The notes: a model not told the origin generated them from the letters alone. A stretch of 64,000 nucleotides of DNA from an uncultured Mollicutes bacterium (GCA_900540385.1 UQFY01000011.1:6043-70042); one strand, 5' to 3'. Shown: positions 25,857 to 37,439, counted from the stretch's first letter. A program made the numbers and translations.

Positions 25857-28800
25857 ATGAACAAAAAGAAGCTACTCGTTCTCTTACCTGCAGCTCTCCT
25901 TGCTCTCAGTGGATGCAATCCTAGCGAACCAGGACCATCATCCTCTGAAAAATCAAGTGAAGCTAGCCAAGTTGTCTCTTCAGAAGAGGCTAAAAAGACT
26001 TACCAAGTAACCATTACGCAAGTGGAACACGCTCACGTTGAAGCTGACAAAACGCAAGCGGAAGTGGGTGAAACGTTACTTTCACTATCACAACCGATGA
26101 AGACTATCACGTTTCTTCCTTCAAAGTGAACGGAAACGATGTCACTATTACCGGCAACAAAGCTACCGCTACAATGGTGGAAAATGGCTTAACTGTCACA
26201 ATTGCAGTGGAAGCAAACACTCATGACGTTACCATCCACTCTTCGGAAAATGGTACGGTAGTTGCCGATAAAACAACGGCAATCGTTGGCGATAGAGTTA
26301 CTTTCACCATCACACCAAATGATGACTTTGAACTGGATACTTTCAAAGTCAATGGTGAAGCAAAAGAAGTAACAAACAACACTTACGAAGCCACAATGGT
26401 CAAAGAAGGATTAACCGTTGATACGACCTTCAAAGCAATCAAACATGCCGTTACCATCAATAAAAATGCTGGTGGAACAGTCACCGCAGATAAATTAGAA
26501 GCGATCACCGGAGAAGACGTCACCTTAACCGTCACTCCAGATACGAACTATCATTTATCCGCATTATATGTTAACGGCAATTCTGTTTCTGTCGGAGAAA
26601 GTGGAACCGTCGTCGTTAAGATGGTTAAAACTGGATTAATCGTTTCTGGCGTCTTTGCTAAAAAGAGAGCGCCTATTACGGTTACTGACACAAAAGGCGG
26701 AACCATTCGTACATCGTCAACAACGGATGCCACTATTGGAGAAGAAATTGAAATTCAAGTCTATGCAGATGATGGCTATGAATTAGATAAACTCCTCGTC
26801 AATGGGGAAGAGACGGAGGTTGATTCCGAAGGGTTTGCCTATGTTACAATGGTCGAAGGCGGACTTACTATCACGGCAACCTGGAAAGAACTTGCTAAAG
26901 CAATCACCATTGCTCCATCCACAAACGGCACCGTTACTGCCAATAAAGAAAAAGCTGCTGTTGGAGAAAGCGTTACTTTCACTATCTCCCCAGCCGAAGG
27001 CTACCACCTCGAATCCTTTAAAGTAAATGGAGCTGAAGTGGAAGTCACTGGCAATAGCTATGTCGCCAATATGACTGAAGCAGGCCTTTCTATCGAAGCA
27101 ACCTTCTCTGATACTTACCGCGTTGCATCTATCTCTGAATCCTTAAAGACAACCATCAAAGGATTAGATACTGCTAAGGTTACTTTAACTGCTGATTCAA
27201 CAATTGATACCATCCCTCTTGCTAAGAAAGATACTATCATCGATTTAGGTGGAAAGACCTTAACGGTTACCTCGGCTGTTGCTATCTATGCCTTACCAGG
27301 AGAAGGTGGCACACACGTTCAAAATATCACCGTTAAAAACGGAACCATCAATGTCACGGGTGCTCTTGCAAACGGAAACATCATCAATGCTTCTGATGCT
27401 CTATCCTTCACTTTAGATGGTGTTACGCTTACCAACACGACTTTAACTTACACAGGTATCTATTGTTCTTCCTCTACAGACTTAGAAATTAAGAATTCTA
27501 CTTTGGATCTTAAAGCCATCTTCGGTATTGGAACGAATAACCTCGAAGGAAAGAATGCTAAGATCCTTATGGATAATTCCCATCTTACCGTCACCACCGA
27601 TGATAAAGATAATGCTGCCTTCTTAGGAAATGTCGAAGGCATCAACGTCACCTTCAAAAACTCCACACTCCAAGCTGATAGACAAGCTCTTATCGCTCGT
27701 ACTGGCACTTGGAAAGCCGATGCTACAACTTTCGAAACCACTGGTGCTTGGTTAACCGAAGCTACAAAAGCCAAGAATGATTCTTATCTTACTGGCGTTT
27801 GGAAAGCAGGAAACGAAGTTCCATCTGCTGCAGTCGTTATCGGTGATAATGTTGCAGACGCTTATAACGAAGACGTCAACTTTACTTTCGCCAATTCTTG
27901 TAAATTCGTTGCTCCAGCTGGAAACAAAGTCGTTTCTAGAGTTGATGGAACACATAACACAACCATCAACTTTGATGCCTTAACCTATGTCAACGCTTAC
28001 GATTCTATGGATAATGGCACAGGTGTTAACGTTGTGACTCCAAACGTTCTTACAAAAACCATCGCTGAGATGAATGCGTTAACCGAAACTGATGATAAGA
28101 ACTTATATGTTGTTAAAGGCGTTATCGAAAACGTTACTAATGAAAAGTATGGCAATTGTGTTATTAGAACCGTTGAAGGCGAAACATTAACAGTTTATGG
28201 TTCTTACACATCAGGAGTTACCTATCAAAAAAATGCACAAGGCTCTTACGAGATCGCCAAAAAGTCTTCCGTGCCAACTAAGCGTGTCTATGTTGGATAC
28301 GAAGTAACGATGATTGGCACCTTCTTGAAATACAACACCACAGCCGAGCTTATTGATGCCAAAGTCTTCGTTGGAGATATTTCTCAAGGCTATAAAGCAA
28401 GCATTTCTTCTAACGATGCTAGCTTTGGAACTGTCGCTTTAAGCAAAACAGAAAATTTGATCTATGGTGAAGAAATTACCGTAACCGCAACACCTGCGGA
28501 AGGCTACAAAGTCGCATCGGTCATGTTAGATGATGATTCTACAAATCAAAAAGACATCACTGCTGATATGAAATTTAATGCTTCTTTTAAAAACGAAGTT
28601 ATAGTCACTTTTGTTCACGAAGATGCAAAGGTCGCAAAAACATACAATGTTGCTTTCAAAAAAGAAAACCAACAATCGCCTTGTGATCAATACAATCAAA
28701 CCTGGAAAAATGTTTCTGAAAATCGCAGCTACACGATAGAGAATTGTAGCAACTACAAGAATGGTTGGGATTTCATCAAGGCCGGAAGAAAAGCTGATGC

Positions 28801-29116
28801 TTCGGTCGCTTCCATAACTACAGATGCTCCGTTTGCCGAAGCGATTGGTGTCGCCTCCATTACATTTAAAAAATTTAAGGGAAGTAATGTAAATTCCATT
28901 AAGGTGATTTCTTCTACTGATGCTAAGTTTGAAAATGTGATTGAAGAAGTTGGCATTACGGGAAAGGCTGATTCAACCATCAAAGCCACATTCACCAAAC
29001 CAACTGCAAACGCTTATTACAAATGGGTCTTGGATTTGAAATCTGACGGAGGCACTAAAAAGAGTAAAAACGGCTTCATTGAAATTGATTCTCTCTCATT
29101 CGTTGAAGCAATCTAA
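25857..29116 (+). pseudogene. Giant surface lipoprotein (divergent InlB B-repeat-like ~80-aa repeats + parallel beta-helix + OB-like module) split by a 1-nt frameshift at about 26072
   Basis: Lipobox LALSGCNPS. The repeat consensus VTI..GTV.ADK..A.VG..VTFTITP......FKVNG starts in ORF 25857-26129 and continues in the frame of ORF 26126-29116, which is open from 26072. One extra A in AAA 26071-26073 would read GENVTFTITTDEDY. Confidence 0.65.
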
Positions 29117-29141
29117 TTCTCACCCCGTCGTCCTTCTAATT

Positions 29142-29167
29142 AGCACGTCCTTGTGACGTGCTTTTTT
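29142..29167 (+). terminator. Rho-independent terminator of the giant lipoprotein gene
   Basis: AGCACGTC-CTTGT-GACGTGCT followed by T6. Confidence 0.8.
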
Positions 29168-29351
29168 AAAGGATGGACAACATTCCTGCATTACTGTAGA
29201 AATCAATCTTCCCTCTGTAAAATGCAGTTGGTAATAAGTGAAATAGATAACTATCTATAACATATTCAATCATTTTGTTTGTTTATTAATCTAAAAACTA
29301 TTTTTGTAACCCCTTTATCTTTAATAACCTATCTTTTATACTTATCTTAAG

Positions 29352-31163
29352 ATGAGTAAGACAGACTTAGAAATTCAATATGAACAAATTCAAGAAAAGA
29401 TAGATTCTCTTCCCAAAGGATATCTTTCCAAAAAGAAGATTAATGGCAAGGAAAGAATTTATCGTCAATGGAATGAGAATGGGAAAAAATATAGTAAATA
29501 CGTGCCAAATGAAGAAATATCATTGGTTTCAAAAGAAATAGAGATTCGAAAAAACTTAGAGAACATTCTTTCCTCTATTTCTTCTTACGCTTTAGAAATA
29601 AATTCCGCAAAAAAGAGAGTTTCTTCGAATAAGAAACATGGAATTTCCTATTTTGTTGGTAAGGATCTAAAAGGACTAATTGAAGATTATAGGGGTTACA
29701 AACATCGTTACGCTTTCAAGGAATTGGAACGTTTTCTTTATGATACAAAAACATTAGATAAGAAACGCCTTCTTATCCTTTATGGCTTAAGAAGGACAGG
29801 GAAAACGACCCTTATTATGCAAGCCCTTTTGAATATGAAAGAAGAGGACTTTAAAAAATCTGCTTTCATTGAATTAAATTCTCATTCTGAAATGGGTGAC
29901 CTTTATGAACTTTTAAAGAGCCTTAAAGAAAAAGGTTATCGCTACATCTTTTTAGATGAAGTAACAGATATGAAAGACTTCATTGATGGTTCAGCTTTTC
30001 TTTCAAACCTCTTTGCTTCGGAAAATATGAGAATCGTTCTTTCTGGGACGGATTCTTTAGGATTTATTTTTTCTAAAGAAGACTCCTTATATGACCGTTG
30101 CTATTTTTTACATATTTCCTTCATTCCATTTAAAGAATTCTCTTCGGTTTTGGGCATCAATGATATCGATTCCTACATCGAATATGGTGGCACGATGTCT
30201 CTATCAGGGATGATTTATTCTCAAAGAAAATCGTTAAGCAAAACAAATCCTTATGTCGATGCGGCTATTGCGGATAACATTCAACATTCTTTGGCCTATT
30301 ATAAAAATGGAACTTATTTTCGCGATCTATATGAATTATATGAACGAAAAGAACTCAAAAATGTCATCAATCGTGTTGTAGAGGATTCAAACCATCGCTT
30401 TGCTCTAGAGGTTTTAAATCAAGATTTCATATCCCATGATTTAGGCATATCACGAAACAACCTTCGAAAAGAAGATGATAAATATCACGTTCTTGATCGA
30501 ATTCAAAGAAATAAAGTGGAGGATGTCCTAAAAACATCTTTAGGCATCTTAAACAAAAAAGAACGCTCCATTTCTTTAAAAGAAGCTCACCGAGAGGAAA
30601 TCGAAACCTATTTAGAAGAGCTAGAAATCATTAACAAAGTAGATCTTCTCTCAGAGAATTCTTTAACACAAAGAAATGTCATCACGATTGCAGGGCTTCG
30701 CTATTCTCAAGCAAAGGAGTTGATCTTAAGCTTAAAGAAAGATAAAGCTTTTCAGTCTTTAGAAAGAGAAACGGAAGAATACGTTATTGAAAGAATCCTC
30801 AATGAAATCAAAGGAAGAATGCTTGAAGATATCCTTCTTTTGGAAACTTCTTTAGCAAATCCTTCTCTTCAAGTGAGCAAATTCCTATTCCATTCTGGTG
30901 AATTTGATATGGTTATTATCTACAGAGACCATTCTGAAATCTTTGAAATCAAACATAGTAAGGAAAGAAACATAAGCCAAGCGAAAAACCTTTTAGATGA
31001 CAAGAAATGCGTTCTTTTCGAAACAAAGTTCCCCAAAATAACAAGAAAAGTCGTTCTTTATCGAGGGGAAAGGGCAAAAGAAGGCGAAATTGAATACCAA
31101 AACCTGGAGAAATACCTTAATTCCCTATCTTTTGAAAACTATTTCTCCTTGGCCCCCCATTAA
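29352..31163 (+). CDS. AAA_14-type ATPase with DUF4143-like C-terminal domain and about 130-aa N-terminal extension
   Basis: Walker A GLRRTGKTT, Walker B IFLDEVTD. The C-terminal FDMVIIYRDHSEIFEIKHS resembles the restriction-endonuclease-like DUF4143 core. Confidence 0.7.
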   Translation: MSKTDLEIQYEQIQEKIDSLPKGYLSKKKINGKERIYRQWNENGKKYSKYVPNEEISLVSKEIEIRKNLENILSSISSYALEINSAKKRVSSNKKHGISYFVGKDLKGLIEDYRGYKHRYAFKELERFLYDTKTLDKKRLLILYGLRRTGKTTLIMQALLNMKEEDFKKSAFIELNSHSEMGDLYELLKSLKEKGYRYIFLDEVTDMKDFIDGSAFLSNLFASENMRIVLSGTDSLGFIFSKEDSLYDRCYFLHISFIPFKEFSSVLGINDIDSYIEYGGTMSLSGMIYSQRKSLSKTNPYVDAAIADNIQHSLAYYKNGTYFRDLYELYERKELKNVINRVVEDSNHRFALEVLNQDFISHDLGISRNNLRKEDDKYHVLDRIQRNKVEDVLKTSLGILNKKERSISLKEAHREEIETYLEELEIINKVDLLSENSLTQRNVITIAGLRYSQAKELILSLKKDKAFQSLERETEEYVIERILNEIKGRMLEDILLLETSLANPSLQVSKFLFHSGEFDMVIIYRDHSEIFEIKHSKERNISQAKNLLDDKKCVLFETKFPKITRKVVLYRGERAKEGEIEYQNLEKYLNSLSFENYFSLAPH

Positions 31164-31396
31164 TAACGAGCTTTTTGTATCTAGATACCCATCAAATTGT
31201 ATTCTTTGGGACAGCTTTCTTAAAACATTTCAAAATAACACGAAAAAACATCTCTAAATAAGGAGATACGATAAGAGAAAAAGAAAATGAAAATAAAATG
31301 CGAAACGATACTCAATTTTCTCCCTTTTAATGGTGTTTTTTCCTAAATTTCCATTAAAGAACTCGGCTTTATAAAAATCCGATATAATATTTTCAT

Positions 31397-32410
31397 ATGG
31401 AAAAGAAACTACAAATCCGTAACAGCGCAGTGGACTTTCTCGTTTTCACGAAAGACGTTCATCAAAATGGAATTGAAGTCAGAGTTTATAATAACGACGT
31501 TTGGCTTTCTCAAAAGGCTATAGCCCAACTTTTTGATGTTGACAGAAGTGCGGTGGTTAAGCATCTTCGAAATATCTTTGAGAGTGGAGAGCTAAATGAA
31601 AATTCAACTTGTGCCAAAATGGAACAAGTTGCAAATAATGGCAAAAAATACCAATATAAATATTATTCTTTAGCCGCTATTATTGCCGTTGGATATCGTA
31701 TCAATTCTCAAAGAGCAACGGAGTTTCGCCAATGGGCGACCAATATTCTAGACACCTTTACAAAACAAGGCTACGTACTAGATAAAGACAGACTAATAAA
31801 TGGGCAAATCTTCGATGAAGATTATTTTGAACATCTTCTTTCAGAAATTCAAGAAATTCGTGCCAGTGAGCGCCGTTTCTATCAAAAGATAACGGATATT
31901 TATGCGACGGCTGTGGATTATTCTCCTGAAAGCCAAACTACAAAAGATTTCTTTGCGACGATTCAAAACAAAATGCACTATGCCGTTCATAAGAGTACTG
32001 CGGCCGAAATGATTATGGCTCGTGCTGATCACACAAAAGAACATATGGGCCTTACTTCTTGGAAAAACGCGCCCAAAGGCAAGATTGTTAAAGCGGATGT
32101 TTCCGTTGCTAAAAACTACTTAACGAAAAATGAACTTCAGGACTTGAATGAAATTGTCACGATGTATTTGGATTATGCGACAAGACAAGCAAAGAAACAT
32201 ATTCCAATGACAATGGAAGATTGGGCAAAGAAATTAGATACGTTCTTGCAATTTAACGAGGAAGACATTTTGCAAAATAAAGGCAAGGTTACTATGGCTA
32301 TCGCGAAATCCTTTGCGGAAAGTGAATTTGAACAATATCGTCTTATTCAAGACCGTCTATATGAAAGTGATTTCGACCGTCTTATCTCAAGTTTAGACAA
32401 AAAGAAATAA
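31397..32410 (+). CDS. RhuM-family virulence/island-associated protein
   Basis: IEVRVYNNDVWLSQKAIAQLFDVDRSAVVKHLRNIFESGEL ... AVGYRINSQRATEFRQWAT is the characteristic RhuM N-terminal region. Confidence 0.85.
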   Translation: MEKKLQIRNSAVDFLVFTKDVHQNGIEVRVYNNDVWLSQKAIAQLFDVDRSAVVKHLRNIFESGELNENSTCAKMEQVANNGKKYQYKYYSLAAIIAVGYRINSQRATEFRQWATNILDTFTKQGYVLDKDRLINGQIFDEDYFEHLLSEIQEIRASERRFYQKITDIYATAVDYSPESQTTKDFFATIQNKMHYAVHKSTAAEMIMARADHTKEHMGLTSWKNAPKGKIVKADVSVAKNYLTKNELQDLNEIVTMYLDYATRQAKKHIPMTMEDWAKKLDTFLQFNEEDILQNKGKVTMAIAKSFAESEFEQYRLIQDRLYESDFDRLISSLDKKK

Positions 32411-32411
32411 G

Positions 32412-32813
32412 TTATATTTGCATCAAATCCCGGATTTTAAAGAAGATATCTTTATCGGCTGGACACCAAGATAAAAACTCTCCTTCTTCTTTATTAATCC
32501 ATTTTTCATCCGAATGGATTCCTTTTTCAATTGTTAAGTTTCCTTCGATAGGTGTTACAAGGAAGGCGTCCATATCCAAAATAAAAGATGGATATTCATA
32601 CACTTCATTTAGTAAGAATCTCTCTACTTTTATAGTGGTTTCAAGTTCCTCTTTGATTTCACGGATGATCGCCTCTTTAGGCGTTTCACCCTCTTCGATC
32701 TTTCCACCAGGAAATTCATAGAGACCTTTGAATTCTCCATAATCTCTTTGAGCGACAAAGATACGGTTATTTTTCTTGATGAGGGCACACACGACCCGAA
32801 TTCTCTTCTTCAT
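32412..32813 (-). CDS. Nudix hydrolase (MutT/NudG-like (d)NTP pyrophosphohydrolase)
   Basis: Nudix box GGKIEEGETPKEAIIREIKEELE. Its start overlaps the 3' end of the helicase reading frame by 47 nt. Confidence 0.85.
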   Translation of the reverse strand: MKKRIRVVCALIKKNNRIFVAQRDYGEFKGLYEFPGGKIEEGETPKEAIIREIKEELETTIKVERFLLNEVYEYPSFILDMDAFLVTPIEGNLTIEKGIHSDEKWINKEEGEFLSWCPADKDIFFKIRDLMQI

Positions 32814-35604
32814 CTTTTTCTATCCCGAAATCATCATAATACATAAGGGGGACCTTTTCTTCTAATTCGATGTCAAATAACAAGGTTTCTTTAGGATTAT
32901 CCGACACTCTTGGATTCTTTAGATACCCTCTTCCTAAATAATAGAAAGGCATTTCCGCTCCATCCTCTCTTTTGGCTTTTCTCACAAAGATATAGGAATA
33001 GGGGTCCTTTAATAAAGAAATGCCCTTTGAATTATTCATTCTTGTCCCTGTCTGAGATTCCCATTGTAAGAGAGATGGAGATAAGAAACGGTCCTTATAT
33101 TTCAAATGAGACAAGACTTGTTCATCTTTCTTTAAATCGATATAAATCACGCGCTCTTTATCTACCTTGAAAACACCCATCATCCGGAAAAGATTCTCAC
33201 TATTTAAAGCTAAAAGAGAGGAAAAAGACGTATATGGGTGGTAACGTTTTAATCTTCCCTCCACGTTATAGAACTCAATTTGGTAACGAGTTAAGCCATA
33301 CTCTAACAAAGAAATAAGCCAGTCTTTAAAAGAGTCTTTGCTCACTTCAAAATTCAAAGAGTAATAATCCCCTTCTTTTTTCACTAATGTGTGGTGATAA
33401 GAAGGTTTGGTGTAATAAAACTCATCTTGTAACACTTTTAAGGCATAAGAAAACGTATCTTCCTTAAAATGGTCCACATCCTTTAAAGAAGAATAAAGTT
33501 CCTCTTCCGTTTTCTTTCCATTTAATAATTCTTTGATAATGAGATATTCCTCAGGATGAACAAGGGGGAGATATTCATAGATTGTTTCGATCCATTCTCT
33601 TTCTTCTTTGGAGAAAAAAGGAACGTCTTCGCCCATTCTTTCTAAGAAGTCATAATAAGAAGGAAATTTCTTCGTGAAATGCAAAATATCCACGCCTGTT
33701 TCTTGATCTAAGAACACTTCATGTTTTGGATATTCATTCGGCCCCAATTTCAAATAACTCTTCAAATTCTGATAATCCGCTTTCAAGAAGGCAAGCGAAT
33801 TGAAATTCGTTTTCTCAATGGATTGCAAGATTTCTTCCTGGGCCTTTTCTTCGAAATGAATTTCTAGATTGGGTATTGCTAAAGAAGAGAAATTATCCCT
33901 TACCATATTCGCAAGAGCCAATTTGTCAGAAACTCCACTTTTGGAAAGACTTCCTAACGCTAAGGCAATCTGGACAGACCTCAAATAAGAATTGGCGATA
34001 AAATCCAAAACAATAAGATATTGCTTATTCTCGTATTTTCTTAATCCTCTCCCCAATTGTTGAATAAAAATGGTGGAAGATTCCGTAGGACGTAAGAAAA
34101 GAACCATATTGATGGATGGAACGTCGATTCCTTCATTTAAAATATCAACGGCAAAAACAAGTTCCAAAGGATCGTTCTTATCCTCTAATCTTTGAAAGAT
34201 ACGGATTCTTTCACCCAAAGAGGAAGAACCAGTTAAATAGGCAGTGGAATAACCAAGATTCATCATCTGCATGGCCATTTCCTTAGCGTGTTCGACATTT
34301 CGTCAGAAACCGATGCAACGTAACTTTCCTTCCGGACGATGTTTCTCGATTTCATCCCCAACAAAAGAGCAATGAAGAGAAGAAGATATAGATTGAATAA
34401 GAAGACGGTTACCTTCCACGCTTCCATCGCTAGCATAGCTAATCAAATCATCCTTGATGCCATAATAATGAAAAGGAACGATGAGATGATTTTCTAACGC
34501 GTCACGTAATCTCAAATCAAAAGGCACGTTATTGCCAAACATCTGATAGACATCTTCCCCGTCCATGCGGTCAGGTGTTGCGGTTAAACCAAGTAAAAAC
34601 GAAGGCTTAAAATACTCGATGATTTTTTGATACGTTGAGGCAGCCGCGTGATGAACTTCATCGATAATGATGTAATCGAATTCTTCGGGGGAGAATAATT
34701 CCAAATGTTTCGATAACATTTGGTTTGAAGCAAAGATAAAATCCTTATCGATTTCCGAATATTCCCCATTAAAAAGACCGTAGCTTCTTTCTTGTCCGAA
34801 TACTTTGCTAAAAGTGTTCAAAGCCTGTGTAAGAATCGTATCTTTATGAACGATAAATAGTAAACGTTTTGCTCCAAAAAATTTCGCATCAAAAGCGGCT
34901 AAGTAAGTCTTTCCTGAGCCCGTGGCCGCAATGACCATTGCTTTATTGATATTTCTATTCCTTGTGTTTTGAAGTTCTTTTAAAGCCTGTCTTTGCATGA
35001 AATTTGGTTTCAACGTTCCGTTTTCTTTGTCATAGGAATAATCCATATCCCAAGAAACAATCGCATAAGATAAGGCAATCTCATATTCCTTCACATTTTC
35101 TCTTGTTAAAGGCTTTACCTTATTCCAAAGATAATTGAATTCCTCAAGGATTTTTCGAACGAATTGGTATTCCTTAGAGGAGCTTATCCCAACATCCCAT
35201 TCCTTGTTTTTAAGCAAAGCAAAACGCGTGATATTAGAGGAACCTACGATGCTTTCGAAGGAAGAGTCCTCATATTCAAAAAGATAGCCCTTCGTATGGA
35301 AACCATCGTCATCAAAAGAATGATTCTCTAAGCGACATTCAAAATTCGGATATCTTCTTTGAAGTTCTAAAAAGGTTTCTAAAGAGGCAATATCGGTGAA
35401 ATTCTGATAGGTTGAGGTTAGAATTTTCCCTTTTGCACCCCGAGATAAGGCTTTCTCTAAATGGGGTAAAAGAAGAATCAATCCCGCTTTCTTAATAAAA
35501 GATACGGACCAAGAAAAAGAAGCGCATCGATCCAAACATTGAATGATTCTATTTAAGAAATTGGGTTCGCTTTGATTGGTGTAAAAGGAGGCTTCAAGCA
35601 TCAT
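32767..35604 (-). pseudogene. PLD-nuclease / SF2 helicase (ResIII + Helicase_C) / DUF3427 protein interrupted by one in-frame TGA (34303-34305)
   Basis: N-terminal ORF: HKD motif HTKGYLF...GSSNIT, Walker A ATGSGKT, DEVHH. C-terminal ORF: helicase motifs V-VI VDILNEGIDVP and QQLGRGLR plus a long DUF3427-like tail. The two ORFs are in the same frame and read ...RCIGF*RNVEHAKEMAMQ... Confidence 0.75.
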
Positions 35605-35695
35605 TCTTATCCTTGCTTTACAGAATAACCGTGCCGATCCTTTAGATCAAGCTAAATATAGAGATAGCCAAAGCTTTTCAACCGATTGAAAGGAT

Positions 35696-36235
35696 TTATT
35701 TGAAGAGCGAGTAAAAGTAAGTGGTCATTTCTATGGCGCTTTCTTTATGCTCGTGAATCACATAATCTTTTAAAAGGTCCACAAAAGCGCCAGAAAGGCA
35801 GTTTTCTAATATATCATCAGGAATATTTGGGTGTTTTATTTTAATAGAGGGCATTGCCACTCTCATAAGGTGATGAACTTCCTTTCCTAAGGTGGAATAG
35901 AAAAGATGGGAGGCACCGGAAGCAAAGATGGCGGATATTAGTTTCTCCTGTTCTTTGAAATGATAGAAGATATGCGCGGTCATTTCGCGATAATCATAGA
36001 GAGTGATATTCCCTTCCTTGGTGTGATTGGAAGAAAAAGCGTGATTAAAGATAGAAGTGCAGACGTTTCTTAAAACATCATCTTTCTTTTTATAATGAGC
36101 ATAGAAAGTGGATCGAGAAACCGTGCTTTCTAAAATAATGTCGCTAACAGAAATATCCGTATAGCTTTTCTTTTCTAATAGTCTTTCTAAGGCAGCTAAG
36201 ATCAATTCGTTCGTCTTTTCTTCTTTTTTGTTCAT
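35696..36235 (-). CDS. TetR/AcrR-family transcriptional regulator
   Basis: N-terminal HTH YTDISVSDIILESTVSRSTFYAHYKKKDDV. 179 aa. Confidence 0.85.
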   Translation of the reverse strand: MNKKEEKTNELILAALERLLEKKSYTDISVSDIILESTVSRSTFYAHYKKKDDVLRNVCTSIFNHAFSSNHTKEGNITLYDYREMTAHIFYHFKEQEKLISAIFASGASHLFYSTLGKEVHHLMRVAMPSIKIKHPNIPDDILENCLSGAFVDLLKDYVIHEHKESAIEMTTYFYSLFK

Positions 36236-36362
36236 CTTTTTATCCTCAAAATACGAATAAATATCGAATATTATGTTCTAATTATATAAAAAGAAACGAA
36301 CAAAATATTCTAAATTGTTCATCTTCATTCAAAAAAGATGAAAACATTGCTAGACTACCACA

Positions 36363-37439
36363 ATGGATATGCATAAAAGAGAGATACCATCACCATTTGA
36401 AACAAGCAAAAAGAAAGTTTTAAGCACTCTTTTTATTTTGCTTGGCGTAAGCATCCTTCTTTTTTGTCTTTCTTTCTTTATAACTCCAACGAACATGTCT
36501 ATTGATCGTTGTTTCTTTGGCTTATTTGGTAGAAGCGATGTCGCGGCAAACCGGATTATGCAGAGAATTATTCTCCCGAGGAATCTTGCCGCATTTCTCA
36601 TTGGTGGAGGGCTTTCTCTTTCTGGGCTTTTAATGCAAACCTCATTAAAGAATCCTATGGCTTCACCTGCGACACTAGGCGTTTCGAACGCGGCTGTATT
36701 TGGGGCTAACGTGATTATTCTTTGTTTGTATGGAACGAGTAGCAATTCTTTCGTCTCTGCGAGTGACTCTCCCTTTCAAACGTCGATGGTTGCTTTCCTA
36801 TTCTCTTTCCTTTGCATTCTTTTGGTTCTCTTTTTATCCTCATTTCATAAATTTCATCCAACGACCGTTGTTCTTGTTGGAATTGTTTTGGGCTCTTGTT
36901 TTCAAGCTTTGACAACTCTTTTGCAATATTTTGCAGATGATGTTGCTCTTTCCGCTATCGTGGGTTGGTCTTTTGGAAACTTAGAAAGAATCACGATGGG
37001 AGAGAATGGAATATTGGGCATTGTTTTATTCGTCTCTCTTTTATCCTTCTCTTTGCTTGGGTATCGCTTTAACGCCCTTGACGCAGGAGATGGCTTTGCT
37101 AAAAGTGTGGGGGTTCATACTTCCCTTCTACGTTTTATCTCTTTGCTTGTTGCCTCTCTTTTAGGGGCTTTATGCGTTTCTTTTTGCGGAATGATTGGTT
37201 TTGTGGGAATCATTGCCCCTCACATTATGAAAAGACTAATTGGAAGAGATCATCGTTTCCTTTTTCCAACTTCTTTCTTAGCCGGATCCTCTCTTCTTCT
37301 TGTTTGTGATATTTTTACGCGCTTGATTGGAAGAGGCACCTCTCTTCCAGTGGGTGCTATTACCGCTTTGATAGGGACACCATTGTTCTTAATCATTCTC
37401 TTCACGAAGAAAGGAGACAAATATGCTTTATCTAAATGA
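36363..37439 (+). CDS. FecCD-family iron-siderophore/cobalamin ABC permease
   Basis: ILPRNLAAFLIGGGLSLSGLLMQTSLKNPMASPATLGVSNAA is typical of FecCD. About 9-10 TM helices. Confidence 0.85.
   Translation: MDMHKREIPSPFETSKKKVLSTLFILLGVSILLFCLSFFITPTNMSIDRCFFGLFGRSDVAANRIMQRIILPRNLAAFLIGGGLSLSGLLMQTSLKNPMASPATLGVSNAAVFGANVIILCLYGTSSNSFVSASDSPFQTSMVAFLFSFLCILLVLFLSSFHKFHPTTVVLVGIVLGSCFQALTTLLQYFADDVALSAIVGWSFGNLERITMGENGILGIVLFVSLLSFSLLGYRFNALDAGDGFAKSVGVHTSLLRFISLLVASLLGALCVSFCGMIGFVGIIAPHIMKRLIGRDHRFLFPTSFLAGSSLLLVCDIFTRLIGRGTSLPVGAITALIGTPLFLIILFTKKGDKYALSK

Noticed and set aside
26067-26080. Programmed -1 ribosomal frameshift joining the two adhesin ORFs.
   Set aside because: There is no X XXY YYZ slippery heptamer or obvious downstream structure. 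The site is only a 3-nt A run, so an indel or sequencing error is the simpler explanation.
34303-34305. The TGA in the helicase could encode selenocysteine (it may replace a conserved Cys) or reflect genetic code 4 or 25.
   Set aside because: I could fold no SECIS-like stem-loop in the 40-50 nt downstream. TGA also clearly functions as a stop elsewhere, for example at the ATGA gene overlaps 18431-18434, 38193-38196 and 41396-41399 and at 1402-1404.
36236-36362. A cobalamin or other riboswitch upstream of the FecCD-type importer.
   Set aside because: Only about 125 nt of AT-rich divergent promoter region is available. No B12-box-like sequence is present, and the TetR gene suggests protein-based control.
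36350-36745. 131-aa minus-strand ORF overlapping the start of the FecCD permease gene.
   Set aside because: The plus-strand frame carries the unmistakable FecCD signature, so the minus ORF is a shadow ORF.
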